From Catajapyx aquilonaris (lineage: Eukaryota), in NCBI GenBank assembly GCA_000934665.2, contig KZ538442.1:1-64000 (forward strand): a stretch of DNA of 64,000 nt, read 5' to 3'. Shown one piece after another: positions 1 through 11,521 of this stretch; positions within the stretch are counted from its first letter, which is position 1; each line of letters opens with the position of its first letter. Below the pieces are notes generated by a model. It searched no databases. It was not told the origin of the DNA and was given only the letters and a program-made list of their open reading frames with translations. Position numbers and translations under genes: made by a program.

Positions 1-30
1 CCGGGTGCACTTGGCTACTCTTTTTTTTTT
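1..30 (+). rRNA. 3' end of a 5S rRNA copy with oligo-T Pol III terminator (partial, runs off window start)
   Basis: CCGGGTGCACTTGGCT resembles the 5S 3' terminus (...ACCGGGTGCTGTTGGCT). Its CTTGGC is complementary to the GCCAAG 5' end of the next copy (helix I). A T10 run follows at 21-30. Confidence 0.75.
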
Positions 31-102
31 CCTCTTCTTCTTTCCAATGGAGTAAGGTGGCCCTAGTGGAGTGGAGTACCTCCAGAAGAAGCACCCTCTC
101 TC

Positions 103-161
103 GCCAAGGGCCATACCACGTTGAAAGCACCGGTTCTCGTCCGATCCCCGAAGTGAAGCAA
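103..161 (+). pseudogene. Truncated 5S rRNA copy (nt 1-59 only)
   Basis: GCCAAGGGCCATACCACGTTGAAAGCACCGGTTCTCGTCCGATCCCCGAAGTGAAGCAA matches the metazoan 5S 5' half. Similarity stops within box A, followed by T7; no box C. Confidence 0.9.
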
Positions 162-404
162 TTTTTTTACCCATTAAAAATTATTTTGAAAGAGATGTTG
201 GGATGTGTACTAGTACAAGATTTGTGGTGTGTCTTCAAAGTTTGAAATAGCAATAATCTATCTCAGTTTCACGTGAGATGGACGTTTTTCGCCCGAGGTC
301 TTCAATTGCAGCATTCTATACGATATTATAGTCATTTTAAACACCATAAATTTTAGTGCAATGTGTTAATACCATTATTATTATTATTAATATTATTATT
401 GTAG

Positions 405-787
405 GTTAGCTACCCACCGTACTTTTATGAGGCGTTTCCTTGGGCCAAGTTGAACCCACGACTGAGCAAGTGCATTGTCAGTGATGGAACTGTGGACTTG
501 GAACTTCGCAAAGATGAGGATGGCGTTTGGCCACAGCTGCAGATGGACATTAGTAAGGAGCGTAAGAAAGAAATTCGAGATGAGGCGGTGGAGGAGGCCC
601 TGAAACAAGCCAAGGAGGAACAGGAGCGCAAAGCCAGTATGCAAAATAACAAAAATTACTGTACTATAATATTATACGCAGGAGGGGCAAGGATAAAAGG
701 TTCTTTGCAAAAGTAATGATTGAAAGTTTTGTTCCTGTAAATTGCATCACATTATTAGCACTCTTGTTATTAGAGATAGAAGCTTTT

Positions 788-835
<48 letters not shown>

Positions 836-1936
836 TGTTTTTGTTTTTGCAATGTTGTAACATGTTCTATGAATTTCAGCTGAAAAGTCCAACAGGCAGA
901 GGTTCTCAGTAAAGGAACAAATGAGATGGGAGAGTGAGGAAAAGAAGCGTATCGAAGATGAAAAGACGGCAATAAAATTTCAAGCCCAAAAGGGAATGGA
1001 AGAATGCAAGCTGAAATATGAAGAAAAACAAGTTGTCACTGCAAATGATACACTCCTTCGTCCGGATCAGACAACTTTACAGAAAACCATTAGTGAGCAT
1101 CTTCAGTTACAAGTAGTGTGATCATGCGGAGTACCGGTACCTCAAAAATTAACATGTTTCTCAGCCCCCAAGTTGCCACGAGAATCGAATAAGACAAGAG
1201 GAAAACCCTGCACTACGGGATCAATTCATCATCAGAAGCCCAAATATGAACCCAGCAAGCTCATATTCATGGAAGAAGAACTGGACAAGAACTACCCTCC
1301 AGTTCGAAAGTCAGCAGTCATCGAGGTCACTTTTACACCTCGAGCGTTTCCAACCCCGCAGAGGGAATCTTGTCTCAAACAGGAAGAAGAGGTACACATT
1401 ATTTATTAATGCTTAATGCGAGTAAATTATATGCAAAAATTATTTAATATTGGATTAGAAATTAGAAGAATAATGTCCAACAGATACGCGTCAGTTGAAT
1501 AACACACAACACTCATTGCAATGTTGAGAGCCACTAAAGTCAACAACAATGTGTTGCATTGTTGCTTCCAAGTGGCTCAATAATGTTCAGGTTTTTATGA
1601 TTAGCGAAGAGTGTGAAAGAACCTGTCAACGGTCCTTCACACTCAGCGCTAATGAGGAATCGGGTCGACCTAACCCTTAGAAGCACACTGGAAGCAACGT
1701 TCTCATCTGCAGCAACATTTTTTTTTGCAGTTATTAATATTTTCAGGGATATCTATCAGCTCTTTTTAAGTCTCCCCAGATGTTTTTCGCTTGCATTAAT
1801 CATTACCTTGTGCAAGTATTCTTAAGGTCATAGTTTTCATTATTAACATAACCTACTGTAGATGTCTACATAAACAGGGACTCAGCACTCGTCAATCCCA
1901 ATTCAGGAATATAATAAAAATTACTACCATTTGAAC

Positions 1937-1985
<49 letters not shown>

Positions 1986-2829
1986 GAAAAGTGTAGAAAA
2001 TATGCAACATGTTAATTTGTAGAGCACATTAAAACAGGCCACACATGCAATATCAATCTAACTAACTGTGTACAATACACCGGGGTAGGTTGTTTACTGT
2101 ACTAGTACACTACATAATGTATTGTAACTTTTTATAGCTTTTGTTATCATTTTTCCCCTTTGAGATAGGGAAGTGAGTATACATCCGTTTGGTTACTGGA
2201 AACGGAAAACCGCAAGAAAAGTGGTCACAATGGCCCTTATTCAATATAAGCTTAGTCGACCCGCTTGAACGCAAGTTGATATCCTTTTTGATAACTACAA
2301 GCAATACTGTGATAGTACGCCTTTTCATTTCCAGTGGCTTCGTAAGCAGGCTGAAGCCCGCCGTGATTGTGGTTGGGACCCATCTGACCCTGACCTGAGA
2401 GCAAAGGAGCATGATCCCCAGTACCTGAAGGAGAAAGGGGACGAGTTCATGAGGGCAGGGAACTACCTTGGAGCTGAGAGTGCCTACACACATGGGATTC
2501 GTGTGGCACCCAAGCTGGCTGGGTTGTATGCCGCTAGGGCAGCGGCCCATTTGGGCCTCAGAAATCTGCACAGGGCCCTTGAGGACAGCTCCACGGCACT
2601 CCAGTTGTACCATCCACCTGTGCAGGCCAATGAAAAGGCCAGGGCCACGTGTCATGTCCGGAGAGGTTCCGCTCTGCACATGTTGGGGATGAAAGAAGAG
2701 GCCCTGGGTGAATACCAGGCTGCCATGAGGATCATGCCCGACAATGCGGAGCTGAAGAAAGACTATCTTATGATGAAGGGTCAAGAAGAGCAAACGGAAT
2801 GTGATGACAGCCTGGACGCACTTGATTAG
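405..2829 (+). CDS. DNAAF4: Dynein axonemal assembly factor 4 (DYX1C1), 5'-partial; exons 405-636, 880-1092, 1165-1391, 2335-2829
   Basis: Phase-consistent GT-AG splicing (1167 nt). Motifs VSYPPYFYEAF (CS/p23 domain), FTPRAFPTPQRES and EEEWLRKQAEARR, plus a C-terminal TPR region (GNYLGAESAY...AAAHLGLRNLHRALEDSSTALQL...HVRRGSAL), match DYX1C1. The first coding exon is not in the window. Confidence 0.93.
788..834. repeat. (TTG)n microsatellite in a DNAAF4 intron
   Basis: Direct trinucleotide run. Confidence 0.95.
1938..1984. repeat. (CT)n microsatellite in a DNAAF4 intron
   Basis: Direct dinucleotide run. Confidence 0.95.
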
Positions 2830-3710
2830 GTGGCAGTGCTGTTGACCATTGTTGCGTAGCTTTTCTCATGCGATGGGCTTCGTGCTTCGAAGGAACAATG
2901 TCACTTATTTCAGTCTCAGACAAATTACATCTTGAATTTATTAACTTATAAAAATGTTGCATTCTTGTCACAATTTCATTTGGTTATTAATTTCCAGGAA
3001 GATGGAACTCAGGATAAGGTAGCATACAGTCTATAAAACAGTTTTATTTTCAGTACAAACAGTGGATCTTCAAGAAGCCCTCAAATATAGCTGACAGTAC
3101 TGTAATTTGCATGAGCCCTTACAGTACTCTTGTTTTGGGACGAGTTGCAGTGGGTATGCGGGGTGTTTATTACTCTCATGCCATCCGGTTGGCATCGTAC
3201 ACTCAAATGTGTAGGAGAAAGAAAATAATAATATGCAAGACTGGTAACGACGTATAGACGACAAGACACAGTCAGTTGTCAATAATATACGTATACTTGT
3301 TTTTAAGTTTATGAATTGGAGTACATTATTATGAATTGGAGTATAGTTACATTTTCAGGGTTATTGTACCACAGGAGTGTACAGTACAGTCTCAACGATA
3401 CTTCTATTTACACATATTCCTACTACCGAGTGAACAAAATGAAAATAAAAATTATTGACTTTTCTGCAACTGTTTATGCACTGCTTGCATTGTAAAAATT
3501 ATAAATTAAAGTGTAATTAGAATACTGTGCTAGAATAATTTGTGAGAAAATTGATAGTATTTAGCATAAGGTATAGACTACCGTTATTCCAAACCACTCG
3601 ACCCATTAGTATATAGGCCTACTTACAGAAACACTCTCCACAAAACAAAATAATAGGCCCATTGACACAATTTAGCCTGTAGCGTTATGAGGGAAAGGTC
3701 TACAGCTTGC

Positions 3711-5165
3711 TCACATGTTAATCTCTTGGCCTCTAACCAGCCGGTTCCGGAACTTCCAGATATCCTATTCAAAACAATAGAATATAATCTGCTGTGGTTG
3801 AAGTGGTGATTTAGTGGTAATGAAAGTGGATAACTTACTTGGTACTGAAGTCCACCAGTAAGGTTTGTGCGCTTAAGTGCCAATTCCACAATCTCTTTTG
3901 CTACCATCTCCTGCGAAGTACCTGGAGCCACTTCAATATACTCACACTCAGATGCTGCATAATGACATGAGATAGATTTTCGACAACCCTGAAATGAAAA
4001 TTATAGTTAATAATTATTGGACAGTCCTCTCTTTGGCAAAAAGAAATTATTTGCTTTTGCATTCAGAATATGTCTAAAGTCAGTATAGGTCAGTAGCAAA
4101 TGTTACTTGATAAAACTCCCTGTATACCTGTGTCCTGTTGGTTCCCGATCCGTGAATTAATTTGGGATGGAAGAAGACTGTGTCTCCTTTCTCCATGTTC
4201 AAATGTACCCTTTCGGAGATGTCTATGGACTGAGCGGCATGGTAACCCTTGTTGACTCCACCCTCCCACTCTGGGTACTTGTGATCCAGAAGCTCCCCAA
4301 GGTGCGTACCAGGTATGACCACCAGACACCCGTTCTCGGCGCTCATCTTCTCCATGGCCGTCCAAGAGCACACTATCTTGTCAGCTGGTCGGAATGGAAA
4401 ATAGTGCAGGTCCTGGTGCAGAGGGTGTCTGGACGACAGCTTCCCTGAATCCGGAGGCTTGTTGATCAGCATGGTGTGGATGGCCATTATGTTGGGTCCA
4501 GTGAAGCTCTCCACGTAGTCCACAACAGCTGGCTCGGTGCAGTACCGGAACAGCTCTTCGTCGTAGATAAAGTCCTGCAGTTTGTAGTACAGAAATTCTC
4601 CGGTGACGCCCGAGTTTATCAGTGATATGTCCTTCATCAAGGTGGCGAATCCTTTTGGTATTCGGCCGTCGCAGTATGCCATAAACCGGTCACTGCAAGA
4701 GTATGGGGTGTATACAATAATTGAAATACTTTGGTGACGGCATACATGCAGCACTGAGATAACTCGATCCGTTCTGGAACCAGTCCACTATTTAGTTTCA
4801 AACGGAGAGTATAATTATGATTGTGAGGAATAATTCTTGGTGACAATACCAACGTGATCAACAATCTTAATAGGCAATACTGTGCATCAATCAAGCAGTG
4901 AATGCTGTGATAATGATCCTTACCGGCAGTTGTCAAGCAGCTCGTCACTGACCAGTTTTCTGATCACTATGTATCCATTCTCCTCGTAGAACTTTCGCTC
5001 ATCGTAAGTAAGTTTACCTCCGTCTAGAGTGAATTGGAATGATTCCTGCGAAGAATTTGATGGTAAGCCGCCGACGGCCGAAACATGGAATGGAGTTATG
5101 ACCCGTGTTTTCCAAGGGCTCTGGCGAACGTGGCCTAGGAGCACCTCTAGCCTGTCCGATGCCAT
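3711..5165 (-). CDS. PHYH: Peroxisomal phytanoyl-CoA dioxygenase, 336 aa; exons 5165-4924, 4692-4128, 3988-3839, 3764-3711
   Basis: Phase-consistent splicing (1011 nt). N-terminal PTS2-like [33 protein letters not shown] (HxD iron ligands), [15 protein letters not shown] (third His), [10 protein letters not shown] (2-oxoglutarate-binding Arg); C-terminus [17 protein letters not shown]. Confidence 0.96.
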
Positions 5166-6179
5166 TGTTGATCCTGGAATGTCCTGGCACGTCCTTAGGG
5201 AGCTATCACTACCGTTGCACTAGTGGAAAACATATGCCTTGCACAAGTAGTGACCTTTTCCAAATCAGGAGATAACCTTTTCACGACAACAGCAGAGCGA
5301 TAAAAACTTTATCTGCAAGCATAATATTCAATGTTGGCATTATTAAGCACACTTATCAAGAAAATGCGCAGTGGCTTTGTTGTATTGTGCAGCATTATTT
5401 GTACTGTACTAACATTAAGGTATAGGACAAGTCTTCAATAAAATTACCTTTTCCCTCCATATCCTGCGCACCACTTTAGCTGCGCATTCGTACTCTTGTT
5501 TCAAAAGTTACACTGTGTTTGCATCCGCTTGCTTTATCGGTTTATTTGGAATACGTTTCAATAATGGTTTAATATAGGGTACTTTAATAATTTAATTTGG
5601 GAACGCAAAAACCAGTAAGGACCTACATTTGCGTTTAAAAATATTACAATGGCTGCAGAGTGAAGAGGAAGTCAAATAATGCAATCAGATGAAAGGTACT
5701 GTACTTCAAATATTGCGCAATAAAATCAAATAGCCTGAGTTAGGTTCATAGGGTACAGCCTACTAAATGCCTTACGTCGACGCACATGATCAAGCAACAA
5801 GGAAGCAGCCGAGTCAAATCATCGATCGGGTCAAGAACAAACAGTATAGTTCTCTTGCGGGAAAAACCTTTGATCAATTGCCAAAACTTAGCTGAGTTCT
5901 TACCAGATAACAGCAAGTGTAATAATTTAGTGTAGGAATAGGGTCTCTATATAAGTAGGGTAATGTTACTTTTTGCCACAATTAAATAAATTCCTGTATG
6001 ATCTATGCATACCAAAACAATATAATCCAAATTAGACTTTTCCAATGTGCGTAATACCGATGAATCCAGAAAGATATTCGGGTATAATTATTATAGTTGA
6101 CAGTTCCTGTGAGTTCGGAGTCTTCGGACATCAGTATGTTGCTCACAAAAAAATAAAAATGTAGCCCTATTTACACTCA

Positions 6180-7246
6180 CAAGCAAAGTAACTTTTCTTA
6201 CCCTCGTGGATTTTGATAATTTTTATAAATTAAATTCTGCTTGGCCTGTAGTGTTGGGAAAACATCACCTCAGCTGCTAAATTCCACGTTAGCAGGGTGA
6301 AAATCCAGCCTAAAGGCGATGTTCCGTAAGCCACAACACCAGCGTTCGGTCGCGAGGCGCTTTCCAGGCTGCCCGGTCGCGGTCGCCTTTCACCGCGTCT
6401 GTAGCTCAGTCTCTCCGGTGCCACGAAGGAGAAGGGTCATCTCGCACGCTTTGCAGTCGAAGGCGATTATAATAATGGAGAGCCAGGACAGGGGGCATAA
6501 TACTACATAAGAGGCCATAACATTCGATTCGCCTGTCTCTGTTTGATGGGGCCAACGGTGGCGGCCATTTTGAAGAGATGCCAACGAGGTGTAAATAGGG
6601 TACAGGCAGGCCAAAGCTTCGCCATCTTCGATTGTTTTGGCGGCGGCCATGGCACTTCACGGCAAGAACACGGGCGAATTTGAATATTTTTGCCGTACTT
6701 ACGGAATTAATACGTAGAAAAGTGCATTAAAGGAGCTCATACGGCAAAAATATTCAAATTCAGCCGCCAAAACCATCAAAGATGGCAGACCTTTGGCCTG
6801 CCTGTACCCTATTTACACCTCGTTGGCCTCTCTTCAAAATGGCCGCCACCGTTGGCCCCATCAAACAGAGACAGGCGAATCGAATGTTATGGCCTCTTAT
6901 GTAGTATTGTGCCCCCTGTCCTGGCTCTCCATTATTATAATCGCCTTCGACTGCAAAGAGTGCGAGATGACCCTTCTCCTTAGTGGCACCGGAGAGAGCT
7001 GCAGACGCGGTGAAAGCCGACCGCGACCGGGCAGCCGGGACGAGCGTGACCGGGCAGCCTGGAAAGCGCCTCGCGACCGAACGCTGGTGTTGTGGCTTAC
7101 GGAACATCGCCTTTAGGCTGGATTTTCACCCTGCTAACGTGGAATTTAGCAGCTGAGGTGATGTTTTCCCAACACTACAGGCCAAGCAGAATTTAATTTA
7201 TAAAAATTATCAAAATCCACGAGGGTAAGAAAAGTTACTTTGCTTG
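6180..7246. mobile_element. Foldback / long-TIR non-autonomous DNA element, ~1.07 kb
   Basis: Arms 6180-6698 and 6740-7246 are inverted copies (termini CAAGCAAAGTAAC...GTTACTTTGCTTG) around a ~41-bp loop. TCA flanks both ends (6177-6179, 7247-7249), consistent with a 3-bp TSD. No transposase ORF. Confidence 0.88.
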
Positions 7247-7938
7247 TCAGATATCATCATCTCTTCCTGTCGGATCTGGAATCGGGCTCACAGAACAATA
7301 AAATGTACTCGCTGCAATATATTGTGCATTAACAAATATATTTTTACAAAAAGTTGAAAACGCCTCTCAGGTCATTATAAAACTGCTGGTTACAAAAATT
7401 TGAGAGTGGTGCTGGGACCAAGTTTCACACAGTGAGCACTTATATCAGGAAGGAATGAATGGCGATCTCATAACCTACACTGGACATTCCTTTCGCAGTG
7501 AGGTTAGAGCTGCCTTTTAATGGCTAATAAAACAAAATTGAATTTGCACCTCGCATCACTTCCACAACCCCGGAAAAAACTGTAGCAAAACGGCAAAAAA
7601 ACTGAAATTGTAAGCAATTAATGATGTGGATGTTACACACTGCTGCGCACTCACATGTCCCAAAGATAAATGCCGATGTGTATTGACGCACAGGAGCTGA
7701 CCAAATATTGGCAAATCATTGCAGCAGTCCTACTATACAGGCCGTTCAAGTACACATTTGGCAATTTTAATTACACCAACCTGTAGACATCAGCGACAGT
7801 GTCACGTTATCCACTCATTACGTCTATGAAACAGTGCAATGATATTACCTAACGTAAAAAAGAGCTCTTTCGCTTTGACCATTGGCTTTTGTGATCAGAC
7901 CTGAGCAGGCAAACCGCCTTTGGAGGATTTTAAAAGTT

Positions 7939-10160
7939 TTAATTCCTGCTATTGTCTGGGAATCTTATAGGTACGACCTCCTGCGATGATTGATGGTCCA
8001 CTGGCGATCCTGCGAATGATGGACTCGGTGCCCTCTCTGTAGGCTTGAATGGCACAATTCCAGGGAGGGATTGGGTGAAGTACTTCTCGGTGGTCCTTCT
8101 GGTCGGTGGTCTGGTGGTCAGCCATTGTCGCCTAGAGCTGGTAGGCACAGGAGAAGGTCGATAGGTTGAAGGAGATGGTTCAGAAGGTCGAGAGTAATCA
8201 CTCGGTACGGGTTCAGGTCGTATGACGCGACCCCAGAAGAGGACGAGGGATGCTTGATCTTGGCGGATGAAGAAGAGGAATGGACGCGTGACACGGACTT
8301 CTTTGGCGCTTCCGTCTTTGGTGAGGATGACCGCCGAGGCTGCGGCTGCTTCGGTGCCCTCTTCCGTGACGTCGATGACGGTTTCGTGCTTGACCTCGTC
8401 AACTTGGAGTTTCCAGGAGTCGGACACGCGGGACAAGTTGGCATCGTCGCTGAAGAGTGAGCGAACACCCAATCGGCGAAGGACCTGATCAAAGAAGAAC
8501 AGAGATGAGGACATCGTTGAAATAATCTCACAGTGACATCAATTACGTTTGAGAGGGCCAGTTGGGAGCTCAGCCGAAATCGTGGCATGGAAATTGAAAC
8601 GTCTTGCATCGTCACGGCAGACAGAAGCCTTTCCAATTCCACGTGTGACATGCGATCTTCCAGCTCTTCCAGGCCCTGCAGACCTTTCTTATGCGGCAGA
8701 ATCACGTACATTGACGAAAGTTCATCCTTATATGGCAGAGCTACCACTTGGCAGCCAAGTACATCGTCGTCAAAGTATGGGAGCTGCACTGTGTTTTGCA
8801 TCATTGGCACCGAATACTGCAAAAAAAATCCATTGATTATAAAATCATCTGCTTGTAAGCTCTCTCTCTGTACAAAGTGTACATATATGTTTCATGGCCC
8901 CTCACATGCACATGTGGAATAGTATTGAAACATTTTTTTAAATATACAAATTCTGCAATACCAATACGAATGTGAGTCGTCTCTACGTTCCGAACATGTA
9001 CATAGTTCAGATTGCAACAGATGACGGTCTCATTAACATGGTATTTCCACTGCAATCTTGAAAAAGACAGAACCTATAGCCACGAGAGTATAAAGACGTG
9101 AATAATTTACCTCCTCACGTTCAGAAACCGTGAACGTCCTGTGCATGGTGAAGAGAAGGGGGAATGGGTTTTTCCAAGCTCCGTTGAAGTAAACCGCATT
9201 TCCAATGATTAATTGATTCGATGGAGGAGGAGACTGAAGTAGTGAAGGGATCTTGCCATTCGTCTTCTCCCTGACCCATTGGTTGACTATAGCAAGGGTG
9301 TCTATTGGCCTGTCAGGGTTCACCTGAAACAGTCAACGGAGATTAATGCAAGGAACGCTCCTGGATGCAAACGGTCTCATGAATGGTCAAATACTCACCG
9401 GAATGACTTCCGTATCGTAGAAATGTCGTGCATCTCGTAGGAAATCCCCTTTGACGGAGTAGTCACGGGACAGGAAGAAAGCGTTGGCAATCTTCAGCTC
9501 CACACCACTCTCCTTGTGATTATTATGAGCGTTGGTGGCCAGGTCTAGAATCCGGCGGAACTGGACGTGTATCAGGTCGTCTGATGGTGGAAGAGGGGTC
9601 TGCAAGCTGACCAAAGACCCTTTGACAGCCTGTTCCAGATGCAGCGCCTTCCAGATCTCCTTGAATGTCTCCTGATGAGCGCCCCTGAGGAGAACGCTCA
9701 GAGACATGGCGATGCTCAGAGGAGAGAAGCCAAGGTTGCCTCCTTGGTTGGGGCTCCCGGTTTCGTACATGGCACGGTCCAGGTCCAGGGCGAAGCTGAT
9801 GATGGACCGCCATACTTCTGAAGCACCGGACACTAGATCGGGGACACCTGAGAGGGGCTTGACCACTGGGGAGGTGCCGGACGGCCTGTACTCATTGACC
9901 CGCGTGTCCAACGGTGCAGTACCCGTGCTGCTGATGCTGGGTCTGAAGGCTGGGGTGCTGCTTCCTCCGCGGTCTAACGAACTTGTGGGGGATTGTTCAC
10001 TGGGGCGGTACGACGAGCTGATGGTGGGGTCGTTCAGGGTTGTGCTCTGACCGCGGTAGGTCTTGTTTCTGTCTGTTAGTCTACCGTTTTGGGGAATGGA
10101 ACTGGAGAGACACAAAATGCAGGCCATGACCATGGCGTACGATGCCCATAGCGACGCCAT
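7939..10160 (-). CDS. Secreted inhibitory-type serpin with S/T/P-rich N- and C-terminal extensions, 596 aa; exons 10160-9399, 9323-9111, 8816-8547, 8484-7939
   Basis: Signal-peptide-like MASLWASYAMVMACILCLSS; serpin motifs NLGFSPLSI, VNQWVREKTNGKI, NAVYFNGAW, VPMM, ALPYK, MPRF, hinge EEGTEAAAAS and RPFLFFIR...LFWGRV. All introns are phase 0 GT-AG. Confidence 0.95.
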
Positions 10161-11032
10161 TATGGAAGGAGCTGAAATAGACAATCAGTAATCGTCAGTT
10201 GTGGGTATTTACCCTGGCAATGCTCTAATTACCGGTACTTAGCTATACTTGAACAACCAAAAGCTAATATTCGTTGAGTATTGTTCCTTTTTAAAACCGG
10301 GTTCCACTTATCCCACTGCGGAGCATGTAGAACCCCAGCGTGTTCACTGTATACAGCAGTTACCTGATATAAATTTCTGCCCAGAAAGAGTTCTTATCGA
10401 AAAGGTAGGATATCCTTACTTATGTACACTTGCACAGAAAGGTTGCAGCTAGCGCCCACCATCATGGTCTTAATCGTCTCATCCAAAACGATAAACAATT
10501 TACGTTTTTATGGCAGCTGTCCCAGAATGTATCAACAAGGCAGTATACCGCACTCTGAATGTGAAAGCAGTAAATATACTTTTCACATGCAAGAAATGAC
10601 GTCAATTCCGCAGTCACTGACAGGATAATGCAGGGGCAGAAATGATTTATAATCTCCCCAGTGATGAACAATGACCACGCCCAAAGTCCGTCCTGAATTG
10701 AACCTTGATTATGAAATGTCAATTAGACGTTATCGACGTTATATTGTAGCCGCGCTGCTTGTGTACCATCATCACTAGAGTCTTACTTGTTATTAAAGTG
10801 ACATATCGCATATTAATAATGTGAAAATTATGTTCCTTATGTCATTAGCTTCCGATTGTATGCCTTCCACGGTCCTCTTCGCTCCAAGAAATGTACAGTT
10901 CACATATAGAACAAGTATAGCCTAGTGAGCCCTATAGAGTCCCGCATAAGGTCAGGTTCTTATGGCCAACACGGTGATGGCCAATGTACTATCCATTCCC
11001 ATTGCCGGCATAGCCTACTAAACTTATTCTTA

Positions 11033-11087
11033 GGGCCGGTTTCACCAAGCCCGGTTTTGATAAAACCGGACTTGGCGAAACCGGTAC
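11033..11087. mobile_element. 55-bp Harbinger/Tourist-like palindromic micro-element
   Basis: CCGGTTTCACCAAGCCCGGTTTT-GAT-AAAACCGGACTTGGCGAAACCGG hairpin with a GGGCC 5' end, flanked by TTA on both sides (11030-11032, 11088-11090). Confidence 0.6.
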
Positions 11088-11457
11088 TTATGAGTCTAAA
11101 TTGCTCCTAATATCTTCCTGATCTCCGTTCCTTAAAATAATGCAAAGATGAGAATTTAAGTAGTAGCTACAATTTGAATTACCTCTCTGCTGTATGCAGC
11201 TCAAGCAACGACAAGTCATGAAGTTAATCAATGAAAATAATGAAGGATGTAAGACACATCAGAAAATTTTGAACGGAACATTTAATTTGCAGGGGCAAAC
11301 ATCTGGATTCCGTCTTCAGCAAGCTTTAGTCAAAGAGAGTAACCATTGTGGTGATAATTAGTGAGACTTGGATAAATGTGTTCAACTTCATCATCAACCT
11401 ACTTCAGCTGACATAATTATACTCGTGCTGTAGCCTACAATGAGAGATGTTACTCAC

Positions 11458-11521
11458 GTTAAGTGTATGCGGGTGTCCTGAGAAATAGTGAGCAATATCA
11501 CTGCAGAGACATGGTTATATA
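11458..11521 (-). promoter_or_regulatory. Probable serpin core promoter and 32-nt non-coding first exon
   Basis: Minus strand: TATATAA (11521-11515), Inr-like TCACT with its A at 11489 (~32 nt downstream), then donor AAC|GTGAGT after 11458. A matching acceptor TTTCAG lies just upstream of the serpin ATG (~10172). Confidence 0.6.

Noticed and set aside
3309..3343. 20-bp-period tandem duplication of TTATGAATTGGAGTA
   Set aside because: Two copies only; ordinary slippage duplication.
6230..7116. Paired ORFs on opposite strands (MFRKPQHQR..., ...CLYPIYTSLASL...)
   Set aside because: They are mirror translations of the foldback arms, with no transposase or other recognisable domain.
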